From assembly GCF_001194135.2 (NCBI RefSeq), contig NC_068982.1, forward strand, positions 155,168,460-155,232,459: a stretch of DNA of 64,000 bases. Reading direction: 5' to 3'. Within the stretch, counting starts at the first letter, position 1. Each line of letters starts with the position of its first letter. Below are positions 47,401-58,075 of this stretch, in pieces. The translations under genes and the position numbers were made by a program. The stretch is from Octopus bimaculoides (lineage: Eukaryota). Under the pieces are notes generated by a model. The model was not told the origin of the DNA, made no database searches, and worked only from the letters and a program-made list of their open reading frames with translations.

Positions 47401-50056
47401 TTTCTCAATTAGGTTAGACCTGTGACTAAACAATAATAATAAACCTTACAGAGACAAATTTAATATTGATTTCTAACATCGGCACAATAATTGATTAGTT
47501 GTTTATTTTATTGATTTTAAGTTAACATCAGCAAGATCTAAACTCAGAACGTGAGTACATAAGCCAGTTATACCCTAGCATTAGAGGGAACTTGTAGAAG
47601 AGGTAGACCCAGGAAGACCCGGGATGAGGTGGTGAAGCATGACCTTCGAATGTTGGGCCTCACGGAGGCGATGACAAATGACCAAGACCTTTGGAGATAT
47701 GCTGTGCTCAAGAAGACCTGGCAAGCCAAATGAAACCATAACCGTGGCCTATGCCAGTGCAGCATAACCAGCCCATTTAAGGGTACCCTTCAATCATTGG
47801 GCAATAAACTGCGCTTGTTGAGTCAAGTGAAGTCATTGTCGTGGCCGATGACCATGCCGGTGGCACGTAAAAAGCGCCATTAAAGCGTGGTCGATGCCAG
47901 TACCGCCTGACTGGTTCTCGTGCCGGTGGCACATAAAAAGCACCCACTACACTCTCGGAGTGGTTGGCGTTAGGAAGGGCATCCAGCTGTAGAAACTTTG
48001 CCAGATCAGATTGGAGCCTGGTGCAGCCTTCTGGCTTGCCAGCCCTCAGTCAAACCGTCCAACCTATGCCAGCATGGAAAGCGAACGTTAAACGACGGAT
48101 GAGGATGATGATAATATTATCTTCAAATGTAGAGATCATGGCTTCAAATTTAGGGAATGGATGCAAAGTGATTGATCGATCCCAGTACTCAAACGGAACT
48201 TATTTCATCAAACTTAGAAGGATGAAAGGCAAAATCAGCTTCGATGGGATTTGAATTCAGAACGTTAAGACACTCATGTATACAACAGTCTTTTGGAGAA
48301 GGTATACAAGAAGTGAAAGTACTTGTAATATACATATATTTATATATACACGTACACAAAAATACATAAACAAATGTGATTCAGCTGAAAGAAAAAGAAA
48401 GAATTTTTTACGGAATTTGCCGAACAAATGCTTTCACTTTTCATATTTTCTCTGAAAGATTGTCATATATCACAAGACATTTTGTCCAGCACAACCGATT
48501 CTGCCAATCTATTATTCTTTAATAAATACTGATTTCTTTCATATGCACAACCTATCCATTTAGTAAGTGGATGAAGGTATAGTCGATATCATTAACTTCT
48601 CCACGCACCCAGAACTTGATATTTTATTTTATCGCCCCATGAAAGGCAAAGATAACTTAGCTAGGATTTGAAATTAGGATGTCGAGGTCGCAAGGCATTG
48701 TCCGACACTCTTTCAATTAACCCATTAAAACTATTAATAACTCCGTCAACAATGAAGTGATTCTTCTCTTTCAAGTATTCGGGAAGAAGTGTCCTATTAT
48801 GTCAATGAGATGAACAAGTGAATATGCTGTTCATGGTTTATAACATAAGGTTATTCCTAGTTTAAAGTTCACAAATAGGCATAATGAAACAGCAGTTAAA
48901 TCGCATTAAATCACGCTCTACTGTGCCCATCTTTCGTTAGTCCACTCACCACACACACACTGGCTAATATAGACCTAAAATAGCAGTCTGAAAATAAGAG
49001 GGGATCGTCGTGGTAGGCACGATTTTAAGTGAAAGTGTGTTGTATCAGTGATTACCAGATGTTAAACAACAATGATGGGCGACATGGGAGCCTCTACATG
49101 GACTTTCGATTTACTAGAAGTAGCAGCCAAATCTCTCAAATCATAACGTACCGTTTGAAAAAGAGGGCGGATATATTATTAGATAATGTACTCCAAGGTA
49201 GGATACATCTGAAACAAATGGGTGAAATTGTTATGACTGGAACACCTTAGATCAAGGCTCTGCTTGATCAGCGCTAAGACAATTTGAACAAACGTAATAA
49301 AAATAGTGAAAATAAAATGATACATATAACAATAAGATTTTGATAAAATAAACTGTCCTAGTAAATTCCTAAGTATTACATTTGCATAACAATGGATATA
49401 CTGCCAAATTCTACTTATGGTGTTTATATTGTTTCATCTAAGACGGATAATATCACGCACTGTCTGATAATGAATGATGAAACTTTCTGAAAACCTAAGG
49501 TGGCATATAACACCAGAACTCGATATTCTAAGAGATATAGTATAGAGTAATTAATTGCTTTTTTTTAAAATTTATTTAAATATTAGATATTAGTAATTAC
49601 TCAATTTTACAACTAATTACTAAATGCAACATGTCGCTAAAACATCTTGCTTTCCGTACATTTCAGAACACTTGGTATGCGACTAAGTACAAACCCTCCC
49701 ACGGAAATCTGAAAAATTGGGAATTAAAACCGAGTAGAGGACAGAAGACATGCACTAAAGTTTAATATATTCCTAATATAATGAAATTATGAATGAAATT
49801 ATAACAAACACCTGTCAAATCGTCAGCGGAACACATAGGCTTTCATTTATCAATTAATTTACAATAGAAGAGTTATAAAGTTTTATAACAACTGGTCTGT
49901 TTTCTTGACTATTATATCTATTTACCGATTTTTTATACGATTTTAATGGTTAAAATATTTAACTGCAAATAAAGACTCGTAGAAACTTACCGCTTTTGTC
50001 TCATATAACAGCAGCTTTTGCATAGAGGAAATAAATGGAACTTCTGTTTGTTTCAT
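16934..50056 (-). CDS. FIG4: Polyphosphoinositide phosphatase FIG4/SAC3, complete spliced CDS, 23 coding exons, 2760 nt, 919 aa
   Basis: Exons in transcript order: 50056-49991, 46457-46359, 45007-44881, 44339-44183, 42812-42762, 41836-41676, 40541-40422, 39984-39884, 38261-38099, 35668-35571, 34030-33897, 32408-32292, 29517-29382, 28909-28851, 27441-27275, 26616-26475, 24507-24449, 23139-22995, 21735-21655, 20501-20261, 19047-18968, 18582-18505, 17111-16934. Phases join into one open frame. SAC-domain motifs [40 protein letters not shown] (CX5RT) and [10 protein letters not shown] are present. Confidence 0.97.
17420..18430 (+). mobile_element. Degenerate RTE-clade LINE reverse transcriptase fragment in FIG4 introns
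   Basis: Broken frames give [27 protein letters not shown], a YADD-like YFDD, and LESKGL. Confidence 0.8.
18505..18582 (-). CDS. FIG4: FIG4 exon 22 ([25 protein letters not shown])
   Basis: TAG/GTAAGT boundaries, phase 2/2. Confidence 0.85.
18968..19047 (-). CDS. FIG4: FIG4 exon 21 ([26 protein letters not shown])
   Basis: TAG/GTATGT boundaries; resembles the human PMKELYGINL...IYSR segment. Confidence 0.87.
19770..20075 (+). mobile_element. tRNA-derived SINE, second family
   Basis: TAGCTGTATGGTAAGAAG...GGTTCAGTCCC head and CCTTGGGCAAGTGTCTT core; related copies near 23285, 34720, 41030. Confidence 0.7.
20261..20501 (-). CDS. FIG4: FIG4 exon 20, Gly/Ser/acidic low-complexity segment
   Basis: CAG/GTAAAC boundaries, phase 2/0 fits both neighbours. 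Confidence 0.88.
20600..20950 (+). mobile_element. RTE-LINE 3' tail repeat
   Basis: Same family, three internal units of about 66 bp. Confidence 0.8.
21655..21735 (-). CDS. FIG4: FIG4 exon 19 ([26 protein letters not shown])
   Basis: AAG acceptor, GTAAGG donor, MPK...SPF motif. Confidence 0.88.
21828..22120 (+). mobile_element. RTE-LINE 3' tail repeat
   Basis: Same family. Confidence 0.85.
22995..23139 (-). CDS. FIG4: FIG4 exon 18 (...[19 protein letters not shown]...)
   Basis: CAG/GTAAGG boundaries; overlaps track ORF 22991-23191. Confidence 0.92.
23600..23840 (+). mobile_element. RTE-LINE 3' tail repeat
   Basis: Same family. Confidence 0.8.
24449..24507 (-). CDS. FIG4: FIG4 exon 17 ([19 protein letters not shown])
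   Basis: CAG/GTAAGT boundaries, WW...LPLP motif. Confidence 0.92.
25200..25482 (-). mobile_element. RTE-LINE 3' tail repeat
   Basis: Same family; abuts an assembly gap. Confidence 0.85.
25492..26376. other. Assembly gap (N run); other gaps near 1314, 28440, 32497, 38850, 41250, 57480
   Basis: N runs, mostly next to microsatellites. Confidence 0.99.
26475..26616 (-). CDS. FIG4: FIG4 exon 16 ([13 protein letters not shown]...[12 protein letters not shown]...)
   Basis: CAG/GTAAAA boundaries. Confidence 0.94.
27275..27441 (-). CDS. FIG4: FIG4 exon 15 ([24 protein letters not shown]...YYSNAFS)
   Basis: TAG/GTAAGT boundaries, conserved motif. Confidence 0.96.
28170..28430 (+). mobile_element. 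RTE-LINE 3' tail repeat
   Basis: Same family. Confidence 0.8.
28851..28909 (-). CDS. FIG4: FIG4 exon 14 ([19 protein letters not shown])
   Basis: CAG/GTAAG boundaries, phase 0/2. Confidence 0.92.
29382..29517 (-). CDS. FIG4: FIG4 exon 13, catalytic motif ([21 protein letters not shown])
   Basis: CX5RT SAC phosphatase signature intact, CAG/GTAACT boundaries. Confidence 0.97.
29703..30090 (-). mobile_element. Full-length tRNA-derived SINE
   Basis: A box (TGGCCCACTGG), B box (GGTTTCGATTCC), body and (AAC)n tail. Confidence 0.75.
31805..32036. mobile_element. mariner-type MITE
   Basis: TATTGGGTTGTCCAGAAAGTT / AACTTTCCAGACAACCCGATA inverted ends, TA-flanked. Confidence 0.75.
32292..32408 (-). 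CDS. FIG4: FIG4 exon 12 ([23 protein letters not shown]...)
   Basis: CAG/GTAAGT boundaries, phase 2/2. Confidence 0.92.
32976..33195. mobile_element. mariner-type MITE, same family as 59879-60048
   Basis: GTGCTGAAAAGTTTCTGG / CCAGGAACTCTTCAGTAC inverted ends. Confidence 0.65.
33897..34030 (-). CDS. FIG4: FIG4 exon 11 ([11 protein letters not shown]...FDMAGVSK)
   Basis: CAG/GTAAGT boundaries. Confidence 0.95.
35571..35668 (-). CDS. FIG4: FIG4 exon 10 ([14 protein letters not shown]...PIIVLNLVK)
   Basis: CAG/GTGAGC boundaries. Confidence 0.95.
35888..36255 (+). mobile_element. RTE-LINE 3' tail repeat inserted in (AT)n
   Basis: Same family; (TA)n on both sides. Confidence 0.85.
36612..36665. 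repeat. (GGT)n(GCA)n microsatellite
   Basis: Seen directly. Confidence 0.85.
38099..38261 (-). CDS. FIG4: FIG4 exon 9 ([11 protein letters not shown]...[12 protein letters not shown]...)
   Basis: TAG/GTAAGT boundaries, SAC motifs. Confidence 0.96.
38938..39830 (-). mobile_element. RTE-LINE 3' end including ORF2 C-terminus
   Basis: Same family; five internal units and the ORF2 end. Confidence 0.85.
39884..39984 (-). CDS. FIG4: FIG4 exon 8 ([34 protein letters not shown])
   Basis: TCCTTAAC branch point plus TAG acceptor, GTAAGA donor. Confidence 0.95.
39985..40421 (-). other. U12-type AT-AG intron (FIG4 intron 7)
   Basis: 5' ATATCCTTTT, branch point TCCTTAAC at 40001-39994, 3' TAG; gives a gap-free protein junction. 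Confidence 0.88.
40422..40541 (-). CDS. FIG4: FIG4 exon 7 (KFVWN...[16 protein letters not shown])
   Basis: TAG acceptor; ends at a U12-type ATATCCTT donor. Confidence 0.9.
41676..41836 (-). CDS. FIG4: FIG4 exon 6 ([13 protein letters not shown]...)
   Basis: CAG/GTAAGT boundaries. An alternative in-frame donor at 41718 is possible. Confidence 0.88.
42762..42812 (-). CDS. FIG4: FIG4 exon 5 ([16 protein letters not shown])
   Basis: TAG/GTAAGG boundaries, 51 nt. Confidence 0.95.
43885..43940. repeat. Short tandem repeat, unit of about 17 bp (TATAATAGxAGCACTTG), three copies
   Basis: Seen directly. Confidence 0.7.
44183..44339 (-). CDS. FIG4: FIG4 exon 4 ([18 protein letters not shown]...)
   Basis: CAG/GTATGG boundaries, conserved SAC N-terminal motif. 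Confidence 0.95.
44881..45007 (-). CDS. FIG4: FIG4 exon 3 ([12 protein letters not shown]...SAFGIA)
   Basis: CAG/GTAAGT boundaries, SAFG motif. Confidence 0.93.
46359..46457 (-). CDS. FIG4: FIG4 exon 2 ([33 protein letters not shown])
   Basis: CAG/GTAAGG boundaries, 99 nt. Ile41 falls at the same residue number as human I41. Confidence 0.95.
47576..48110 (+). mobile_element. RTE-LINE 3' end including ORF2 C-terminus
   Basis: [43 protein letters not shown] plus tail. Confidence 0.85.
49991..50056 (-). CDS. FIG4: FIG4 exon 1 ([22 protein letters not shown])
   Basis: ATG at 50056, GTAAGT donor, resembles the FIG4 N-terminus (ISSxQKLxLYETxA). Confidence 0.93.
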
Positions 50057-51889
50057 TGTGGACGTTTTTGTTTTGTGTGTGTGTGTGGTGGGGATTATTT
50101 AGTGAATAAATATATAGTATTTGGGTTTTATTAACACTGACACGAAAATAATGTACGATAATTAGTAAGAAGAACAAAGTTTTGGATAAGAGACATCCTG
50201 AGTGTACTATTTAACAAATATTCCCGTTAATAGGAAAAAAAAATACAAAAATATCTCTGGTATGAAGAGACTGAAAACTATAGATTAAATGTAATGAGTA
50301 GGAAAATACTGAGGGTACAGATTTTCCTCTTTCTTGGTTCCGAAATGAATGTACATCACAGAGAGTAGAAAATAGCGAAGATGAGAACAAAATGTCTGTA
50401 ATTCGTGTTGTAAACAAACTACTGGAATAAACAAATAACTAGAGAGGAAATGTAAGGAAGACAATTCACTTAAATCGTCTGCTATCTATAAAGATAACTA
50501 CCAACATGACTTATAAATCCCATTCATATTAGTTTGAAATGTTAGCACAAAACCAGCAATTTCGGGAGAAGGGTTAGGTTGATTACATCAAGTGTTCAAC
50601 TGGAACCTTATTTTATCGACCCTGAAAGGATGAAAAGCAAAGTCGACCTCAGCGAAATTCCAAATCAGAATGTAAATACAGACGAAATGCCACTAAGCTT
50701 TTTGTTCAGTATACTAACGATTCTGTCAGCTCAAGGCGTTATAAATCCTTTTCATTTTAAGGATTACTTGACTAGTTTTTTTATCGTTTTTTTATCGAAG
50801 GAATGAAAGTCAAAGTTGATGTCTGCGGGGGTCTGAAATCAGAGCGAAAAGGATCGTACTTAAAAACTGCGAGCATTTTATCTGACGCTTTAAAGAATGT
50901 CAGCCCACCACCGTGCAGCAACTTACTAAAAATAGCAGCCAAATCTCACTCAAATTATAATTCTATCGTCCTTTAAAAATAAAGAGAGTACAAAGTGGAT
51001 TTGGATAAACAAGAAGACGGCTTGGACGTTGCTGAAATGTCTTCATTCATAGGTCTGTTCAATAAATAACAAGTGATTTGTTGTACTGGTGTATCTCGAA
51101 AAATATCTAATATTACAAAGTCGTAAGGGTGATGGATTGACAAAATTAGTGGGATGGAGAGGAAAATACTTTATGACATTTAGTAGTCAAAAATCGGAGC
51201 TAATAAATAGAAAACTAAATTATATTAAACTATATTTTTAACATTAACTGAGTAAACATAAATCATCATCATCATTTAACGTCTGTCTTCCAAGTTGGCA
51301 TGGGTTGAACGGTTTGACAGTAACTGGTGAGCCAGATGCACCAGACTCTATTGTCTGTTTTGGCATGGTTTCTATGACTGGATACCCTTCCTAATGCCAA
51401 CCACTTTACTGGGTGTACCGGGGGCTTTTATGTGACACCAGCACTGGTGCTTTTTAAGGGGAATTTCCAAATATACGTACAGTATCTCAAAAGTACAGAA
51501 TCCTTTCGTTTTGGGTATATGAAATTATAATATTGCTTTCATCTATTGGATTTTTTTCATCAGTTACAACTTCACCGAAGAATAAAGTGAGCTGTTATGA
51601 AGGTTCTTTAAAAGAGAGGGTAAGAGACAAATTTGAGAGGGAAGAGGAGAGGTGAATTGAGGAAAGTATTTTAATGCCTTTGTGGGGAAGAGGTGGAGAG
51701 TGAAGTGCTGTCACTGATGGTAGTTGTTCAACCAACAAAGAATAAAGTACAGCCAGTGCTGGATTTTCAGGAGCTGAATGTGGCATATGGTGCTAGTGAA
51801 GAGGCTGTGGATATATAAAGGAGACTAGAGGTAGATGACTGGGGCTTCTACAATAGTAGATTTGAAGTCAGCCAAGCTACAATTTCATG

Positions 51890-53440
51890 TGGCCAAAAAA
51901 CTGTGGAAATACCAGCTGGTGAAGTACAAGGATAAGATATATTGCTTCACAGGTACAGATTCACTAGCCCATATCCTACCAAACAAGGAGTGAAGTTGCT
52001 GCAGAAGTTTCTCACTATCATGCTGCAACAACTCCACATGTATACCATCTATAGCTGGAGACCTCCCATTATTCGTCCTTGAGACAACCACCGCAACTTC
52101 TTCTAGCATTGGTGGTTCTGCAAGAGCTGCCTTCACAGGTAATTCAGGGATGAGACTGAGAACATCCTCACTAACTACAGACTACTGATTCAAAAGTTCA
52201 TCAAAGTGTTCTCGCCACCTTCACAAAATTTTATGTGAATCATGAAGAAGCTCTTTACCATCCCTGCTTCGAAGTGGCGTCATCAGAGAAGAAATCAGTT
52301 CATAAACTTCTCGCAAGAGACCATACAACAGCTTTGTGTTATTGGAATCCAACGCCGCCTGTATCTCACCAGCCTTCTTACTCCACTACATATCCCTCGT
52401 CTGAGAAAGCCTCCACCTCACACGTGATTTCATATCCTTGAGCTCCCTATGCAACACATCTCTCTCCTGTGGCTTTGCTGACAAATTGCATGACAAAGTA
52501 CATTTTTTATCAGCCAATAAATCATCTATATGTTCATCATTTTCTTTAAACCAATCTTGATGCTTTCTTTGTATCAATCCCAGAACTTTCCTGCCTATAT
52601 CATAAACTGACTTTTTAAGGGCTAGCCAATCTTCCCCAATATCTGCAACATTCATTTCCTCTCATAAAGTTCTCAGTCCAACACTGAGCCCCACGAAGAA
52701 CACAAACACACTGCACATCTCATCTGTCATGCACAAGGATGTAATCCAGAATATGCCATTCTTTAGATGCAGGGTACATCAACGTGGTCTTAAACTTATT
52801 CTTTTGTTGAAATATAGTATTGGTAACACAAAGACGCAGCTCCTCGCACATCTGCAGCAGAAGCATACCATTACTATAACACTTTCTCACCCCATGCTTT
52901 CCAATTACAGTCTATGTATTAAAATCCCTGCCCACTCTAGCATTAAAGTCACCCAATACGACGACTTTGTCTGCTTGAGGGATATTTTTTATAATGCCCT
53001 TCAAAGCATGGTAGAAAGAAACTTTTTCGTCATCAGTAGAGCACATAGTTGGAGCATACACACTCACCAAGGTCACATAATTTCCTTTAACCAAAGGAAT
53101 TCTCATGGACATAATATGCTTGTTAATCCTGACTGGGAATTCCTCCACAATAGTAGTCTTAACAGCAAATGTCACTCCAGCCTCTCCTCTAAACTCTTCA
53201 TCTTTCCCTTTCCAAAAGAATGCATATTTTCCACAAGTTTCTGTAAGATGACCATCTCCAGCTAATCTCATCTCAGATAAAGCAACGATGTCAAGATCAT
53301 GGCGTCGAAGCTCCTTCGCAACAAGAGCAATCCTTCATTCAGGACATTCTGAGGACACGCGGTTAAGCAGTGTCCATACATTCCAACAGCCAATATTCAA
53401 TATTTTATTTGGTTCTATCACAGTAGCATGATGACGGCCA
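51890..53440 (-). mobile_element. Degenerate RTE (BovB-like) LINE: AP endonuclease and linker
   Basis: Track ORFs contain IGCWNVWTL, FFWKG, SVYAPT, VVLGDFNARVG, EPPMLEEV and GRSPAIDGIHVELLQ, with several frameshifts. Confidence 0.9.
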
Positions 53441-53629
53441 GGTTCAGACTGTGATGCTCTGGAGCCCCTGTCAGGCCAGACTCTTTCATCTGATGTGGTT
53501 CCAGAGTCCTTACTGCCATTTATTTTTATACTGTTTTGGTACATCATTGATTGTTTGCTTAAGGCTACAGCCAGCCATTCAGTTGTGACTCACAGCACTA
53601 TCAATAATCATCAATTAGTTAATTGATTT

Positions 53630-53910
53630 TCGAGCGAGATCGTTGCCAGTGCCCCTGGACTGGCTTGTGCGGGTGGCACATAAAAGACACCATTTCGAGC
53701 GTGGCCGTTTTCATGCGGGTGACACGTAAAAGCACCCACTACACTCTCTGAGTGGTTGGCGTTAGGAAGGGCATCCAGCTGTAGAAACTCTGCCAAATTA
53801 GACTGGAGCCTGGTGTTGCCATCCGGTTTCACCAGTCCTCAGTCAAATCGTCCAACCCATGCTAGCATGGAAAGCGGACGTTAAACGATGATGATGATGA
53901 TGATGATGAT
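53630..53910 (+). mobile_element. RTE-LINE 3' tail repeat, young copy
   Basis: Nearly identical to the copy at 1-223. Confidence 0.85.
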
Positions 53911-54589
53911 TAATCAATCAATCAGTCAATGTTGTTATTGTGCAGTGCCTGTGCAAGAAGATTTTTTTTTAAAGTGAGGAAAGGCTGTGCACTGAGTCAA
54001 TCCCACTCACAAAGCAACAGCAGCCATAACCCGAAAAGAAGAAATCAACATTATCGGTAACCAGAGCTGCAGGCTTTATGTTAGAGTTATCCCAATTACC
54101 TGAGTTGCCTTCTCCTAGAAGGATGTCCTAACAATGGTTTACCGTGCAATCGGATATTCAGTCCTATTATTTCTATGTCCCCACGCAAGATACAGCCATA
54201 AGCTGGATAAAATAGATATAAGGAAAGAAAAAAACCTGTTGCATGGTCAGGCGGTCGGAGACTAAACTGGCAACTCCACCAAGCTTGCTTAGTGAGGAGG
54301 GTGTTTGTAGGACACCCTGCAGGATGAAAAACAAAACCTGTCAAAGGGCAGAGGAACTCTTGTGAGTCAACGGCCATCCAATATGTGTGTAATTATGTAT
54401 TTACTGTATATCCCCTTTTTTCTCATAAATTTTATATATAGTATATTTTTTATAGTTTGCTCATTATATATATTTTTATGTATATATTGTATATCAATAT
54501 TTTTTTTTATATATTGTACATGTACATACATACAGATATATATATGTGTGTGTGTGTGTGTGTGGAAACTAGGGATATATTATATATGA

Positions 54590-55205
54590 CCGAAACCTTT
54601 GGAAATATGCTGTGCATGAGAAGACCCGGCAAGACAAGTGAGACCATAACCCATGGCCTTTACCAGGGGTGTAGCCAGCCCACTTATGCGTACCTTTCCT
54701 TCTTTCAATTTCTCTTGCACCAACAGGTCTTCGCAAGCAGAGTTTAGTGTCTAATGAAGGAAGGCTGACATGGGTGCTAGTCATCGAATTTGGTTTGATT
54801 TCGATTTCACTTGCCTCAACAGGTCTTCGCAAGCAGAGTTTAGCATCCAATGAAGGAAAGGTACACATAAGTGGGCTGGCTACACCCCTGGTAAAGTCCA
54901 TGGGTTATGGTCTCACTTGTCTTGCTGGGTCTTCTCACGCACAGCATATTTCCAAAGGTCTCGGTCACTAGTCATTGCCTCGGTAAAGCCTAATGTTCAA
55001 AGGTCGTGCTTCACCACCTCATCCCAGGTCTTCCTGGGTGTACCTCTTCCACAGGTTCCCTCAACCGCTAGGGTGTGGCACTTTTTCACACAGCAATCCT
55101 CATCCATTCTCGCCACATGACCATACCAGCGCAGTTATCTCTCTTGCACACCACAACTGATGCTTCTTAGGTCCAACTTTTCTCTCAAGGTACTTACACT
55201 CTGTC
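54590..55205. mobile_element. Inverted composite of RTE-LINE ORF2-end fragments
   Basis: Plus fragment 54596-54701 faces a minus fragment 54853-55205. Confidence 0.8.
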
Positions 55206-55329
55206 GAGTATGCACACACACAAGTTTAATATCTTTTCCAGATATGTACCATGATCAACAGTTTTGACTGACTAGAAAATTCTTTTACTGTTGGATTGTC
55301 CTGCAGGAAGAGGCTATGCCCATAGCATT

Positions 55330-55900
55330 TGCAAGTCATCTGATACAAGTGGGATTGGTGCAGTTAACATTCTTCCTGAACATTGCAAGAAAGATCATGT
55401 GCAGGGAGGGATTTCCAGAGAACTGGCATTCTGGAGAGGCAGGACTGGGTTGAATGTTCAATGTCAAACTTGGACCCAAGAGTGATAAGAGTCAAAAGTA
55501 ACTGAATGAAGGTGGCACATGACCAGCAAGCTCTAAGGACTATAGGCCACTCAAATTGAAGTGGAAAAGCAGAAAGGAAACAATATATGTGTGTGTCAAA
55601 ATTTGAGGGCACTGGCAAGTGATTTCATGCCAATCAGTCGGGAGGCTGTTTTGTCGTGTCTTTTGTTTAGGATATACGTATGTCTAGCTGCAGCACTGTC
55701 TCAGATATGGGAGCAATACTCTATGATGGGTCTAACCTGAGATTAGTAAAGCATTGATAAACACTGAAAGATAAAGTATTTTCTTGTTTTGAAGAAGAAG
55801 GCCAGTCTTTGCTATGTTGAAGATCTGAGTTTTGTCAAGAGAGAACCTAAGAAATAGTGAGGCCTAACATTTATAGTGATCTTGAAGGTCCTAATATGTG
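55330..55900 (-). mobile_element. Degenerate LINE 3' fragment
   Basis: SRMPVLWKSLPAH resembles the LWNSLP C-terminus of Jockey/L2-like ORF2. Confidence 0.4.
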
Positions 55901-56534
55901 TTTAGTGTGGGGATGTTTTCTTGACAAGTGTAGTGACTACAAATATAACAATAACTCTCCCAATAGATGACAAACCAAATACTAAAAGAACTAATCTATA
56001 AACAAAAGAAAATGATAATAATATTGATAATTTATCAAAAAAAAAATTCTCAACCTGTGTCTATCTACAAAGCTGAGAAAATATCATCCTAACAATTTAA
56101 ATTACTAAACAAGTGTAATTTCAAAGTTCTGGCCAGGTTCTGAAAACATTCAAGTCATTATCAGTGACGGAGAAAAGTGTTAAATGTTTATAAGCTGAAT
56201 ATTATTGCAAACTGCCTTTATTCATGTATTATGTTATGTTCATTGTGAAAAGAGCAGCAGACTAGAGTACCTTACATACAAAATAAATTCAAGTGAAAAG
56301 CAGGTTCAGAACAATCCATGGAATCTCCTTCCATCAAAAGAAACTGCTTGAAATGTATAAATATAGTGTCATAACAAGAAATTATACGGGTGGTGCTGAC
56401 AGCAACTACATCTGGTTCCAAAAGTTATTTGCTATTATAACACCGATATGGGAGACATTGGTCAAGGTGACATAAGGTTATGTTGAACTTTTAGATATTG
56501 AAAAAAGTGATTTTCAGTGTCATGAACCTTTTAG

Positions 56535-56790
56535 CATCATCATCATCATCATCATCGTTTAACGTCCGCTTTCCATGCTAGCATGGGTTGGACGATTTGA
56601 CTGAGGACTGGTGAAACCGGATGGCAACACCAGGCTCCAATCTGACTTGGCAGAGTTTCTACAGCCGGATGCCCTTCCTAACGCCAACCACTCAGAGAGT
56701 GTAGTGGGTGCTTTTACGTGTCACCTGCACAAAGGCCAGTCAGGCGGTACTGGCAACGGCCACGCTCAAAATGGTGTATTTTATGTGCCG
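56535..56790 (-). mobile_element. RTE-LINE 3' tail repeat
   Basis: Same family. Confidence 0.85.
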
Positions 56791-57754
56791 TAAATGTATA
56801 TATTTTGTATGGTCAGCATACATTTGAGGTTCAGTCCTCTGAGTGTAATGTTTTGTGGGTGTGGTTGAAACACTAGTTCAAGAACAAACAGAAGCTAAAG
56901 AAGAACCTCAGCATGGCAAAAGGATTTCAGAATTCACTCAAGGAATGAAAAACTCAGATTATTCCTGATTGCAAAAACAAAGAGTATTGCATTTGCAGCA
57001 ATCAGAGACTCCCTGGTGGTTAAAGATAATCATGTGCTGAGTACTACAACTGTAAAAAAAAAAAGAAGGGCTTCATAGAAAAGTGTCTGCATAAGCACAA
57101 GTGTAAAAGAGCTGTACTGTTTGCTGACTCTGAATTCATTATTTTTAAAAGGTTTAGTAAACAAGATAAATAAACAGTATTTTACTGTACTTACACACTG
57201 CCAAACTTTACTGAAGTTGATTTTTGATCAGGATCTTACTGTCATCTATACTTAGCCATACCACTACCTTTAATTTTATTAAGCAAAAAAATATGTTCCA
57301 TGTTTGGTAAATTGATTAACTATTTTCAGCATTATTATACAACAAAAGTTGAATGGTTTTGATAGTTTTTGGGTGATTTTGGTAGATGGCAAGCCCTGCA
57401 AGAAATCAGAACTTTACTATTCATACAAATGCTCTTTAGCACTCAAGTGAGCTAATTAGCATAATTAGTTAAATTATAANNNNNNNNNNCTCTCTCTCTC
57501 TCCTTCTCCTGCACTTCCTTCAGGCTGGGTAACCATGTATTTTCTTTGCAGCAGCACACTTGCTTCTATCTTCATTCCTGATCTCTCTCTCTCTCTCTCT
57601 TTCTAGCTGGGTAACCTTGTACCTCCTCTATAGCAAGACACCCATTTCTGTCTCTGTGCCTCACTATAACCTTTCATCATCTGACACAAGATTACCTCCT
57701 CCAATGCCACCTCCCCTCTCAAAAAAAGTGGGGTGTCTTGCAAGTACTTGGTGA

Positions 57755-58075
57755 TCCGGTCAGTGCAAGTGCCACTTAAAAGTACCCAGTCCACACTGTA
57801 AAGTGATTGGTGTTTAGAAGGGCATCCAGCTGTAAAAACCTTGCCAAAACTGACCTTGCCTGTGCCAGTGCCACGTAAAAAGCACTAAGTCTACTCTGCT
57901 GAGTGGTTGGTGCTAGGAAGAACATCCAGCTGTAAAAATCCTGCCAAAACAGTTACAGAAGTCTGGTGCAGGCTTCTGCTCGGCCAGCTCTTGTCAAACC
58001 GTCCCACCCATACTAGCATGGAAGGTGGATGTTAAACGATGATGATGACGACAATGATGATGATGATGTTGATAA
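57755..58075 (+). mobile_element. RTE-LINE 3' tail repeat, older subfamily
   Basis: Duplicated GGGCATCCAGCTGTAAAA module and (GAT)n tail. Confidence 0.7.

Noticed and set aside
49465-49500. ATGATGA...CTGA resembling C/D snoRNA boxes
   Set aside because: Boxes are too close together, with no terminal stem or recognisable guide sequence.
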